Assembly (NCBI RefSeq): GCF_009914755.1
Contig: NC_060944.1
Reading direction: 5' to 3' (one strand)
Source of the DNA: the human T2T-CHM13v2.0 reference genome, Homo sapiens
DNA length: 64,000 nucleotides
Part shown: in pieces, positions 24,666-37,674 of the stretch
How positions within the stretch are numbered: position 1 is the first letter of the stretch
How the letters are laid out: each line of letters opens with the position of its first letter
The notes under the pieces: model-generated
The model's input: the letters and a program-made list of their open reading frames with translations, nothing else
Told to the model about the DNA's origin: nothing
The model's database searches: none
Position numbers and translations under genes: made by a program

Positions 24666-25134
24666 TGTATTGTGAGGCAGTTTTCTTGGCTCAGAGCTCA
24701 AACTCTGTGTGTGACTACTTGGTTTGACAGCTTTCTCCTATACTAACTGTATAATCTTTCTTTTATTTTGCTGAGACAGGGTCTTTCTCTGTTACCCAAA
24801 CTGGAGTGCAGAGGTACCATCTTGGCTTACTGCAACCTCTACCTCCTGGGCTCAAATGAACATCCTATCTCAGCTGCCTGCCCCACCCCCACCCCAACCA
24901 CCATACAAGTCTAATTTTTCTTTTTTTTTTTTTTTTTTGTAGAGATGGGGTTTCACCATATTGGTCAGGCTGGTCTCGAACTCATGGGCTCAAGCAATCT
25001 ACCCACCTTCGTCTCCCAAAGTGCCGGGATTACAGGCATGAGCTACTAAGCCCAGCCTAACTGTACAATCCTTAGCAAGCTAATTAATCTCTTCATTCCT
25101 CAGTTTTCTCATCTGTAAAATGAAACAATAATGA
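24665..25134 (+). mobile_element. MIR SINE interrupted by AluJ; further pieces at 25707-25736 and 28489-28590
   Basis: cctcagttttctcatctgtaaaatgaaacaataatga; the pieces are colinear with the MIR consensus. Confidence 0.75.
24757..25057 (-). mobile_element. AluJ SINE with TSD
   Basis: J-type ctcctgggctcaa and gggctcaagcaatc; TSD taactgta(t/c)aatc at 24744 and 25058. Confidence 0.93.
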
Positions 25135-25706
25135 TGTTCTAGACAGGATCATAGCAAGGAAGAAAAGGCATAGTTAAACTGGTAATTTGAAGACAGTTTA
25201 ATAAGGGAATATTTGCAAAGTGTCAGCTACTGACAGCAGAGTGACTTTCTCTACACCTCTCTCACCCCAGGCCTGAGTGAAAAACAGGAAGGAGCAGTTT
25301 CTAAACCCAGGGACAAGGAGGGACATATGAATAGGGCCTCTTGACAGGAGCTAAAATATATTGTCAAAGGATAAAACCAGAAGCGGGGGAGCTGGAGAAA
25401 CACATAACTCATCTTTCCTCCTTATCTTTGGGTCATGGTCTCGAATGGACAAACCCAAATGGAACCTTGAGAACAGGAAAACTAAAAGACTATTTAACAC
25501 CACCCTGGTAGCTTGAAACTGGGCATAATGGAAGTCTGTCTACCACAGGCATCAAAGGCATCAACAAATACTGCAAACATGGGCCTCTTTGTTGGAGAGC
25601 CTGTTGTTTAACATTTACTAGCACACCACTTTTTCTGAGACAGAAATGAGGGTGGAGGTGGGTGGAGAGGGTCTCTGGAAGGACAAAAGTAAAAATGTTC
25701 TGCCAC
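25135..25706 (-). mobile_element. LTR33-like ERVL solo LTR
   Basis: ggtaatttgaagacagtttaataagggaatatttgcaaag, ccccaggcctga, tgacaggagct and gggtggagagggtctctggaaggacaaa. Confidence 0.7.
25491..25631. mobile_element. MER63-like hAT fragment inside LTR33
   Basis: ccctggtagcttgaaactgg and ggagagcctgttgtttaacatttactagcacaccact. Confidence 0.65.
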
Positions 25707-26036
25707 CAATTCCCGTGAGTATTAAGTGAGAGAACAAAGACATACCTTGTTTTCTTGTGCTTCCCTTCGTTGCATGTCTTTGATAATGCAGTTTTTACAA
25801 ATTGGAGTGTGTGACAGCCTTGAATCCACACCATTTTTCCAACAGCATGTGCTCACTTCTTTCTCTGTGTCAAATTTTGTTAGCTCTCATAATACTTCAA
25901 ATTTTTCTTTATTATTATATTTGTTGTGATGATCTTTAATCAGTGATATTTGATTCTAATATTGTAATTGTTTTAGAGCACCATGAACCGTGCCCATATA
26001 AGATGGCAAATTTAATCTAGAAATAGTTTGTGTGGC

Positions 26037-26325
26037 TTTTGTTTTTCAAACAGTCTCGCTCTGTCACCCAGGCTGGCATGCAGTGGCATGATCTCGGCTC
26101 ACTGCAACTTCTTCCTCCTGGGTTCAAGTGATCTCCTGCCTCAGCCTACCGTGTAGCTGGGATTCCAAGGGCACACCATGACACCTGGCTAATTTTTGTA
26201 TTTTTAGTAGAGATGGAGTTTTGCCAGGTTGGTCAGGCTGGACTTGAACTCCTGGCCTCAGGTGATCCACCCGCCTTGGCCTCTCAAAGTGTTGGGATTA
26301 TAGGCATGACCTACCGCACCCAGCC
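26037..26325 (-). mobile_element. AluS SINE inside Tigger1
   Basis: Full Alu body; TSD gttt(g/a)tgtg at 26026 and 26326. Confidence 0.93.
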
Positions 26326-26449
26326 GTTTATGTGTTTTGACTGCCCCACTGACCAGCGTTTTCCCTTCTCCTTCTCTCTACCTCTCCTAGGGCCTCCCTA
26401 TTCTCTGAGACATAGTAACATGGAAATTAGGCTAATTAATAACTGTACA

Positions 26450-27862
26450 ATGGATTCTAAGTGTTCAAGTGAAATGAAGAGTCACATGTCTCTCATTTTA
26501 AATCAAAAGCTAGAAATAATTGAGCTTAGTGAGGAAGGTATGTTGAAAGCCAAGATAGATGGAAAGCTAAGCCCCTTGCACCAAGTTAGGCAATCTGTGA
26601 ATGCAAAGAAAAAGTTCTTGATGGAAATTAAAAGTCAGAGAACACATAAATGATAGGAAAGTAAAACATCATTATTGCTGATAGGAAGAAAATTTTAGTG
26701 GTCCAAATAGAAGATCAAACCAAAAGAAAATCAAACAAAAACCTAATTCAGAGTAAGCTCTGAACTCTCTTAAATTCTATGAAGGCTGAGAGGTGCAAGA
26801 AAGCTGCAGAGGAAAAGTTGGGAGTTAGCAGATGTTCATTCTTGAGGTTGGAGGAAAATAAAAAAGCCATCTTCATGACATACAAGTGCAAAGTGAAGCA
26901 GCAAGTGTTGATGTAGAAGTTGCAGCAAGTCATCCAGAAGATCTAGCTAAGCTATTGATGAAGTTGACTACCCTAGACAACAGATTTTCAGTGCAGATGA
27001 AACAGCCTTATCTTGGAAGAAGATGCCATCTGGGACTTTCATAGCTAAGCAGAAGTCAAAGACTGGCTTCAGAGTTTCAAAGGACAGACTGACATTTTAG
27101 GGGCCAATGATGCTAAATCTACTCTGCCTGTGCAGAGTAGATAAATATGGAACAGCTAAGCTTGGATGACAGAACATCTGTTTCCAGCAGGGTTTACTGA
27201 ACATTTGAAGCCCACTGTTGAGACCTAATGCTCAGAAAGAAAGATTCCTTTCAAATTATTACTGCTCATTGACAATGCACTTTGTCACCCAAGAACTCTG
27301 ATGGACATGTATGAGGACAGTGTTTCTTCATGCCTGCTAACAAGACATCCATTCTTCAATTCATGGATCAAGGACTAATTTCAACGTTCAAATCTTATTA
27401 TTTAAGAAATACATTTTGTAAGGCTGTAGCTGCCATAATTAGATAAATTACTATCTAATTTATCTGATGGATAAATTAAGTTGGGCAAAGTAAGTTGAAA
27501 ACCTCTGGAAATAAATTGAAAACCTCTGTAAAGGCTTCATCATTCTAGATGTCATTAAACTATTTGTGATTAATGGGGTAAGGTCAAAATATCAACATTC
27601 ACAGAAGTTTGGAAGAAGTTTATTCCAACCCATTGATGCCTTTAAGAGGTTAAAGATTTCAATGGAGGAAGTCACTGCAAATGTGGTTAAAAAAAAAATA
27701 AGAGAACTAGAATTAGAAGTGGAGCCTGAAGATGTGACTAAATTGCTGGAATTTCATTACAAAAAAGCCTCAAACTCGGGATCATGCAATATACCCTTGT
27801 AACAAACCTGCATGTGTAGTCCCTGGATCTAAAATTAAAATTAAAATTAAAAAATTCCTGAA
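26450..27862 (+). pseudogene. Disrupted Tigger1 transposase (pogo/CENP-B-like) ORF
   Basis: Translated pieces MDSKCSSEMKSHMSLILNQKLEIIELSEEG and RELELEVEPEDVTKLLE; many stops, frameshifts and deletions. Confidence 0.85.
27766..27854 (+). mobile_element. L1PA15/16-like 3' terminal fragment inside Tigger1
   Basis: atcatgcaatatacccttgtaacaaacctgcatgtgt and ctaaaattaaaa with an A-rich tail. Confidence 0.8.
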
Positions 27863-28502
27863 CAGATGAGGAGTTGCTTCTTATGAGTAAACAAACTTAA
27901 TGGTTTCTTGAGATAGCATCAACTCCTGGTGAAGATGCTGTGAACATTGTTGAAATGACAGCAAAGGATTTAGAATATTCCATAAACTTCATAAAACAGC
28001 TGCAGCATTCGAGAAGGTTGACTCTAATTTTGAAAGAAGTTCTACTGTGGATAAAACACTGTCAAACAGCATCGCATGCTACAGAGAACTCTTTCCTGAA
28101 AGGAAGAGTCAATCAATTGTGGCAAACATCATTGTTGTCATCTTTTAAGGAATTGCCATACCACCTCAACCTTCAGCAATCACCACTCTGACCAGTCAGT
28201 GGCCATCAACATTGAGGCAAAACCCTCCACCAGCAAGAGATTACAAATCACTAAATAAAGACTCACATGATCAATAGCATTTTTCGGCTGTATTTTTAAA
28301 TTAAAGGATGTAGGTTGTTTTTTCTTATATAATGCTATTTTACACTTAATAGACTACAATATAGCATAATCAGCTTTATATGCACTGGGAAACCAAAAAC
28401 CTGTTTCACTACTTTATTGCAATATTAGCTGATTTGCTGTATTGTGCTGGACTGGAGCCAAACCTGCAATATCTCCCAGATGTGCCTGTACATGCTCAGT
28501 AT

Positions 28503-28544
28503 TCAGACAAGATTGGGGGCGCTCAGGGTGGTATGGCTGTAGAC
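28503..28544 (-). pseudogene. 5S rRNA retropseudogene fragment, nt 1-42, tailless
   Basis: tcagacaagattgggggcgctcagggtggtatggctgtagac matches the reverse complement of 5S nt 1-42 with 5 mismatches and no gaps, ending exactly at 5S nt 1. Confidence 0.88.
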
Positions 28545-28591
28545 GATATCCAGTGTTCAACACAGTGCCCCACACTCTGTAAGCAGGCAAT

Positions 28592-29450
<859 letters not shown>

Positions 29451-30685
29451 AAAAAATATGTCCAGGTTTGTTTTCTTCCAGAACATACACTCTTCACGCC
29501 ATTTCTCATCTTTTTTTAGACAAGTATGTGTCTTTCCTATTTTGTTGTCATCTCGTTCATGCTTTAGTCAACACCTCAACACCAGGACCACCACTCCACA
29601 TCCTGCACCCAGGAATGCATTGCTATGCCTCCCTCTACCTTATCTGAGAATGGTCAGCATTCCTGGTGGAATTTCCGTGTGTGGTTTAGGTATTGTGTGT
29701 TCCATTTTCTCCATACTGTGAGGGTAGAAGTGGAAGTAGAGAGAACCTCTGAGGCGGTACTTCCCTCACACCCAGATAAGAGGGCCTTGGCAACGTGCTC
29801 AGGAAGCCCACTTTTCCCAAGCAACAGCACGGTGTGTTGAGGAACACAGCGTACCTCTGTCCTTTGGGATCTGGGGCTCAGCTCTGGTGCCAGGGAACCT
29901 GCAATCCTGTACATCTGCTCCCCTAACCAACAGCATTCAGGCCTCTGGAGATGCTTCCTCTCTCTTGCTCCAGGTCTGCAAAACCAAATGGGACTGTGTC
30001 CAAATGCCATGAGGGTGTGTGGGCTGTACTCCGGCCAATGTTGGAGATGGACACTCTTTGGGGTGCAAGGAGGATCTGACCACTGGAAGAGCTCAGGGAA
30101 AAATAAATGAACTGGTAGAGTTGTGGTTCCTTTGTCTCAGATGGGGCAACTCCTGCAAGGTCTCACACTGAGTGGGGCTCCCAACAGCATTGGGATCCAC
30201 TGTCCACTCTCATCACACTCCATGTGTGGCTCTGGAGATGTTCAGGGGTGAATGCAGCTCTTGGAACCATCGTCTCTGGCAGCTGAGGAAATATGTAGTG
30301 TCAGATGACTTCTGACACCTTAAATCTTTATACGTGTAGGTCTGTGTGACATAAGAAAACACTTACATTGATGCCTCCATGGACAGTGAGTAATAGGTTT
30401 GCAAATAGTTTCATTTTTATAAAAAGTATGTATTTGCAAGTAAATATCATATAAATATTTATTTATTTAAAAATTTTGTTTATTATTTTATATTTGCTGA
30501 TTATAAGTAGTATTTATCTCTTAATTTTAATAGGTAATGTTGATTATATTGAGGAAAAATATCTTTTTAGGAATACATTTTGATTTTTAAATGTTTTAAC
30601 ATTTTTTTCAACTTACATTTTGATAAAAACAAATTTGGTGATTAAAACTTTAATTTAATGAAATCTCATTACTAAACCTTTAAAT

Positions 30686-30930
30686 CAGGGTTTCTCAATG
30701 TTGACATATTTTAGATACAAAAACCTACATATAGGAGATAGAGATATTTTGGCTGGATAATTCCGTGTTGCAGAGCTGTAGCTGTATATTGCAGGATGTT
30801 TGGCAGTTCCCTGGCCTCTGCCCGCCAGATGCCAGAGCACCTGCTCCCTGCCTCCAGCAGTGACACCAGAAACATCTCCAGATGCTGCCCAGGGTCCTCT
30901 AGAAGGCAAAACCACCCTGAGGGAGAACTG
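30686..30930 (-). mobile_element. MER20 hAT MITE
   Basis: cagggtttctcaa, ggctggataattc and gcaggatgtttggcag...ccagatgccag; 8-bp TSD ctttaaat/ctttagat. Confidence 0.9.
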
Positions 30931-32044
30931 CTTTAGATTATGGCTGTCGAAAGAATGCACATCAGGTGAAAATCCTAATTGCAAAACACATTCAGTGATT
31001 TCATTAAAATAATACAAAAATATACTTTCATGAATAAGTGTAGAAAGATTTATGTAAATTGTATTACTGGCCTATACCTCACTAACACAATGCCTAGAAT
31101 CGTGCAGTCACTCAGTCATCTTTGAGATTTCACCAGCCTTCAGTCATGCAAAGGCTAAGGGTTTGCAAGCATCCTTGACTTTGCCTTTATGAAGGTGTAT
31201 AATTAAGGTAGGTGATGGACCATACTCTATGTAATGATTAGTTACCTTGATTTAATCTTTTAAACAGAGAGCTCACAGGATGCGGTCCTCCACTGGGCAA
31301 TGTGAGAAGCTGGCCAACCCCCAGTTCAGTAGCTTTGACTGTGAGTCCTGGGCTCTGCTCTCTCACCTTCTGTTTTATTAGAAGCCCTGAAACAATGTTA
31401 TCCCTGCTTGTTTGAGGCATATTCTAATATCATGGGAAGTTCTCCTGTGCTTCAGGATGGAGCACACCAGGGATACAGCAGTGTCCGTCCTGCCAGCCTC
31501 AGTCTCTCCCAGCAGCCCCTTCAGCTGCCTGTGCTCAGGGAGGGGCTTGACCTCCTGTGCTGCTGCTTCCCAGGCACTCCTGCCCCTTCAGAGGAGGTGG
31601 TCTGATGTTGTTTCTCCTTGCTTTGTTTTGCTAATGTACTGCTGGTAGCTGGAGACCCGTAGCTTTGACTGTCCATGGTTTCCTCTTCCCCCTTTCTCCC
31701 ACCTGGAAGAAACAAGAGAGTGCATTTCAGTGGGTTTTCCCATCTCTGAGGGGATGTCAGTCTTGTCGGGAGGGGCTTCTGTTCTAGGTGTTCGGCTCTG
31801 TGATGGTTTTTACCCATTTGATGATGATAGTGATGTCCACACTTCCTTCTTCTAAGTTCTAGAAGAAGGAAAACTTTGAAATCTGGTCTCACCCTCTGTC
31901 GTTACCCACAAGTTCTTGCTTTTAATTGGTAAACTGTTAAAGGTATCACTTGAAGTTGATTTTTAGTCAGTGATATTCTAAAAACTATTTAAAAATATCA
32001 AGTCTAGCTTCTCCTATCAATTTTTCTTGTGTCTATGGTCTAAT

Positions 32045-32690
32045 AATAGGTGAATAAGTAGATTGCAATACATTGCTATGGAATACTGGGCTTCTAACAA
32101 AAATAATCTTATAGGAGAACATTTATTGACAAGGGAATTATCATGGTAAATTTATAAAGAAAAACAAGCTACAAAACAATGTAATAGTGTGGCAACATTT
32201 TAGTAATGTTCTATATTTGCATAAACAGTCATGTGCCACATAGTGACATTTGATTGACAGATCGCATATATGATGTTGTTCCTGGAAAATTGTAATGAAG
32301 TTGAGAGATTACTATTGCCTACTGCTTTGTGTTACAGTTGCCTACAGTATTCAGTACAGTAACAGGCTATACAGGTTTGCAGCCTAAGAGCATGGGTCAT
32401 AACATATGGCGTAGATATGTGGTAGGCTATGCTATCTAAGTTTGTATAAGTATATGGTATGATATTTTCAAAAGGAGAAACTTACCAAACAACCCATTTC
32501 TCAGAATGTATTTCTATAGATTAGTGAGGTATGCCTGAATATGAAAGTCATACATTGACGTGTTAACCCAAGTCTTCTTGGAGCAATGAGATTATGAGAG
32601 ATTTTTGTTTTTGTTTTTTTAGTCTGAGCTATTCTATTTCTCAAGTTTAATGCATTCAACATAAATTAGAAAAGCATTGGTAAAACAACA
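32045..32690 (+). mobile_element. Old L1ME/L1MC 3' UTR fragment interrupted by Tigger3
   Basis: ctatggaatact and aaaaacaagctacaaaacaatgt; resumes after 32537 with gagattatgagagattttt. Confidence 0.55.
32226..32537 (+). mobile_element. Tigger3a/MER7-like DNA transposon
   Basis: cagtcatgtgccacata, ttgcctacagtattcagtacagtaac, acaggtttgcagcct and catttctcagaatgta. Confidence 0.85.
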
Positions 32691-33669
32691 CATGCCAAAT
32701 GACATGGCTTTTTTTGTGAATTTCAAAGTTCCACATTAACAGTTTTGGCAGGTGGCCTCTGGTGGAACTAGTTCCCCGCTCCTGGTCTAACAGCCTCAAT
32801 GGAAGGGACAAACTCACAATCAGAACTTTCCCTACCCCTATCCTTTGCTCTTTTGCATATTTCTCAGTGATGCAGAACTCTCTTCTCTCCAAGTTCGCTG
32901 CTGCACTGACACATGCCTCACGTCCACTGACCGAGAGCCGAAGGAAACACAGCAGCACCATTTCCAGGTGGACTTTTCCCTTCCCTGGCAGAAGAATTCA
33001 GTCACACCATGGATTTCCAGGGCTACTTGAATTACCCAGATTGGTATTTATTTGCTTAGGGTTTATATCTCTGGTCTCCACATGTCCTTCCCAGTAGGAA
33101 ACTGCTCAGATAATCACACAGCTGTGAAGACTTCTCCCCAAAGGTCATAAGCTTTGGTCCCACCATCTGTGGGGAAACATGTGTTTCTCGTACTCTGAAA
33201 GGACTGTTCTTGGCTTTAAATTCCAGTACTTAGCACTTGTAAAATTGAGATAAAGCACATTGGCAGCTTTGGGACTTCTGTGAGCCAACCACTAAGAATG
33301 GACTTTGGGAGGCTACACCGCTACATCCATTCTAGAGTTGCATTTGGTATTTCCTCTAAAAGGGCTTCACCACTCACCTGGGGGCTCTGAGGCATTTGAG
33401 CACTTCAGCTCAGTTTTTCAGCCCTGAGGTGAGACAGGAAAGCAAGCTTGCCCAAAGGATACAGGGAAGTCTGAGACCAGGCCCAGATTCAGAACCACAG
33501 GCTGAGGAGCTTGTTACTTGGGCTGAGCCGTCCTGCTCCCATAGCTGGGTGCACCCAAAAACTTCAAATGTGTGCCTCAAAATGAAGGCAGCATGCCAAT
33601 GATTGGCAGTGCATCCAATTCACTCTTCAATTCCACATTTGGACTCAGTGCTTAGGGGATGGGGCTTTA

Positions 33670-34260
33670 AAGTGTATGTTTTTGGGAATATTATATACAT
33701 GCAATAAAATGCCCTATTCTTTGGTGTTTGACTTGATGAGTTTTGTCAGTTTTATATACCTGTGTATAATCACCACTCTGTATGAGACACAGAACATTAT
33801 ATCATCCAAGACGGTTTCCTGTGCCTCTGCCCAGTCAAGCATCCGCTGTCCCAACCCAAGGCAACCATGGTCTGACTTCAAGCACCAAAAGATTATGTTT
33901 TTCATTTCTACAACTTCATGTGAATGGATTCATACAGTATGTGCTAAGCTTCTTTCACTCAATGTGTCTCTAATATTTATGTATGTTGTATGCATCAGTA
34001 GTTATTTTTTATGGTTGAGTAGGAGTTCATGAGTATATTCACTTGAGAGATGTTTGGATGGCTTGTCCTTTGGGTTGGTTACAAACAAGTCTACCATGAG
34101 AATTTTGGTGCAAGAGTTCTTGCAGATATATGCTTTCGTTTCTCTTGGGTAAATGTCTAATAGTGGAATTACTGGGTTGATGTGGACTCAACTGTAGAAG
34201 AAACCAAATGAGTTGCTTTTGAAAATTATCATTTCTGGTAGACTCATAGCCTCTCATAGC
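33670..34260 (-). mobile_element. L1ME1-like LINE-1 3' end
   Basis: ttgatgagttttg, cagaacatt, aggcaacca and atatgctttcgtttctcttgggtaaatgtctaatagtggaattactggg. Confidence 0.8.
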
Positions 34261-34279
34261 TGAACGAAAATTTTGCTCC

Positions 34280-34410
34280 TTGGCCATTTGGTCCAACCTC
34301 GTCATTTAAGATAAGGACAACTGAGATGCCAAGGAGTCATCACTCTTTCATGGCTGTAGATCTAATAAGTAGCTGAGGAAGAGCTGGACCCAGCCTTTCT
34401 GACCTCATAC
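34280..34410 (-). mobile_element. MIR/MIR3 fragment
   Basis: gtccaacctcgtcatttaagataaggacaactgag. Confidence 0.55.
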
Positions 34411-35029
34411 TTCCTTACCAAGGAGCATTAGAAAACCCTACTTATTCCTGCTTGTGAGGTAAGAGTTATTTCTAAATGCAAATATTTGTTTTCTTGCTTT
34501 TCTTCACATAGTGAAGAAAATTGAATCCATGGTGACCTTATTGAATCCACACAGAACCTTATTATACATTGATTCATAAGGTGTTATTGTATCATAGCTA
34601 TAGACAGCTGTGGAGATTAGGGTAAGTCTACACTGTCTTGAGAACATGTCTTAGAATTTAAGTTTTCTCCAAATACGTAGTATTGATTCGGCTTTACCTT
34701 TTGCTAAGAAAATGAATGTTGGTAACTTCTCACATAGTAATAATAATTCCATTTCCAAGAACATCTCCTAAGAACATAAATATAGATGTGCAGGAGATAT
34801 ATGCGAGGGTCAGAAATGCTGAGGAGCAGGGCATGACTCACTGCACTAGCTCATGCCGACAGGCCAAGAAGGTGACAACAGGGCCCTGGCTGTGGATTTA
34901 GTAGCATGGATGTCATCAGCAAAAGACTAATTTGTCTCCAGTGTCTAAAACAGTGCCTGGAGCTCCAGAAGTAGGACATGATTGATTGAGTGGCAGGGGC
35001 ATCTCAAGTTGACTCGAATATCCTTTGTT

Positions 35030-35210
35030 TGAGCATACTCAAGAGAAAATGGGAAGATAAAGTGAGATTTCTTTTAAAGGACAGCAAGGAAATGAGGTGG
35101 CACTTGTAGGGGAATATAGGGCTAAGACAGGGTTTTCTCAAGATAAGAGAAATCACCAGATGTTTGCATGATGTTGGGAGTGATCCAGTAGAAAGAAAAA
35201 AGTAAAAATA
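35030..35210 (-). mobile_element. L2 fragment
   Basis: gggttttctcaagataagagaaat and atgtttgcatgatgttgggagtgatccagtaga. Confidence 0.55.
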
Positions 35211-36049
35211 TTCTACCAATAACCATAACAAATGACCAAACATATTGTTGCTAAGGCAATGATATCTTGACTGATGCAGGGAAAAAAGTAACCTCAACAG
35301 GTCAAGTCCCGAGTGTGAGCCTGTCACCAGCATGCAGTGGGAAGTACAGTTTCTGGAACTCTGAGCCTAATTCTGCCTCCAAGTTGTTGTTGGTGGTGGA
35401 TGAGTCATTTTGCATTGTCATCTCCCTTTCCTTACCTGTGCAAAGAATGGTTGAAATCAGACTCCCCCACTCGCACACCTCACGATAACTTCCTGAGGGC
35501 TGCCACAGGCCGTCAGCTTCTCTCTCTTGGTGTGCAAGCCAGACCCTTAGTAATGCAAGTCCCTCATCCTACTCTAACTGCATGAGCCAAGCTCAGATCC
35601 CCTGCAGGAAAAGAATTCAAGGCCTTCTTTGCTCAGACAGGAGACAGATTCTTGGAAGTAGTAACGTCTTACCCAACATCTTGAGGAAGTTTTCATAAAA
35701 GCCTAGGATCAACATCATATGAAACATAGCCATCAAGTTTTGAGCCCTAAAGAGAATTCAGAATAGAGTGAAGTCAAGTGAATGTCTAACTGCTGAGTGA
35801 AGGATCATGGGAGATTTCAAAGGGCTCTTGTTTTGGAGTTTTCAGGACTTTCCCCAAGAAATTTTCATGGTTGATGTGTGCTCCAGTAAGAACAGGAGAA
35901 TATGAAATCCGGGGATGAGGGACAGGGGTGGGGAGTCTAAGAGGCTAATTATCCTCTGTGTAGAATGAAACCCCATGAAAAAGGAGCACTCCTGTTACAC
36001 ATTTTATTTTGTTAGTTAGCATTCTATATGTTACTAAATAATTTTGCTT

Positions 36050-36200
36050 TACTACTTTATTTATAGCTACATAATCTTGAACAAGTCACTTATCCTCTTT
36101 GAGAATAATTTTACCTCTAAAATGGGCATACTATGACTATTTTGCAGGATTGTAGAGTAAATGAAAATTTGAGTCTTTCAATAAACATTTATCATCCTAA
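36050..36200 (+). mobile_element. MIR fragment
   Basis: tcttgaacaagtcacttatcctctttgag and ctaaaatgggcata. Confidence 0.6.
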
Positions 36201-36446
36201 GTGCTGTTTTTATTCATACAAAATGGAAATTATTAGTTGTAGTGAAACCATAAGTATTGGCTGAGAACCAGGCACAAAAGGAACCAAATGGAAGCCCCGC
36301 ATTCAGGTTGAATCTAGGAAGCAATGCCGGCTGCAGGTGCAGAATTCATCAGCAGAACATGGCTCTCAGGACATCTTTGTAAAGGTCTCTTGTCTTCTGG
36401 TGTGAGGCAGGCCATGTGTTCCTCCAGGCATTAAGGTCAGAATCAC

Positions 36447-36866
36447 TGATAACAGTTTGGATGTCTCCATCAAACCTTATTTTGAATTGTAATCCCCAGT
36501 GTTGGAGGTGGGGTCTGGTGGGAGCTAATTGGATCATGGGGGCAGATTTCTCACGGATGGTTTAACACCATCCTCTTGGTGCTGTCCTTGTGGTAGTGAG
36601 TGAGTTCTTGTGACGTCTGTTTGTTTAAAAGTGTATGGCACCTCCCCACTGGCTCTCTTGCTCCTGCTCTCACCATGTGATACATATGCTTCCACTTTGC
36701 CTTCACCATGATTGTAAGTTTCCTAAGGCCTCACCAGAAGCCAAGCAGATACTGGCACCATGCTTTCTGTACAGCCTGCCGAACGGTGTGCCAATTAAAT
36801 CTCTTTTCTTTATAAATTACCAGTTTCGGATATTTCTTTACAGCAACGCAAGAACAGCCTAACACA
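36447..36866 (+). mobile_element. MSTA/MSTB MaLR solo LTR
   Basis: TG...CA ends; tgtaatccccagtgttggaggtgggg; perfect 5-bp TSD atcac at 36442-36446 and 36867-36871. Confidence 0.92.
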
Positions 36867-37674
36867 ATCACCACGGGAAGACCTCCTCTCCCTGATGGTG
36901 GCTGATGAGGAGACTCACTTCCTGGAGTAGTCCAGTTACCCTCCCACAGCTATCACTTGAGGAGGGAAACACATTTTCTCAGGACTCCCTTAATCCCCTG
37001 TGTCAATCCAACTCTCTGGCACTTTTGCCTAGACTTTGGGTCAAGTAGAAAAAAGTGAGCAGCTTTTCTGATGGTGTAACTGATATTTCTTTATCCTAGG
37101 AATGTATTTTGGTGCAAAGCTTATAGTGCAGAAGTCTAAGACCCAAAAATCAGTTAAAAAACAGTTAACACATATTTTAAAGGTGCTTTACAATGACTTT
37201 GCAAATATGTATTTTAAATATACAACTTCTTCCTAAGTTCCATTATTTGTACATTAAAACTGCTCCAGGAATTGGTCAACTTCAAGTCCAGCCAACTCTG
37301 ACATTTAATTTCTAGAGAAACTGGGCATTTCTAACAAAAATCTAAGAGCTTAGATAAATAGTAGTAGGTAATTTCGAGATCCCTGCTTTGTGAATGGGGG
37401 CTAAGAGGCAGAACTAATTTCTGCTGCTTTCTCTGAGCTCTCTTCTTTCACATATTTTTTCAGTATTCAGGAATTTCCTAAATGGCTTTAAGGATAATGT
37501 GATCCTTTTCTAGATGAGAAAGAAGAACAGGGGCTCACTCTGTGTAATCTCTTTCCTGCTTCTTAGAGAGGGCACTGGGGACATTTTCATTCCTTCATAG
37601 TTCCCCACCCTTTCCAAGAGTGCATACTCTTTTGCTTGACAACCTGCCAGGTGACTTGGCTTAAAAATAGGTTA

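Larger units (their letters stand above)
25737..28488 (+). mobile_element. Tigger1 DNA transposon (TcMar-Tigger), near full length
   Basis: Both ends present (aagacataccttgtttt and gcaatatctcccagatgtgcctg followed by ta); body colinear with Tigger1; interrupted by an Alu and an L1 fragment. Confidence 0.95.

Noticed and set aside
26450-28191. Domesticated TIGD1-like gene
   Set aside because: Multiple stops, frameshifts, deletions and an L1 insertion mark it as an ordinary decayed Tigger1
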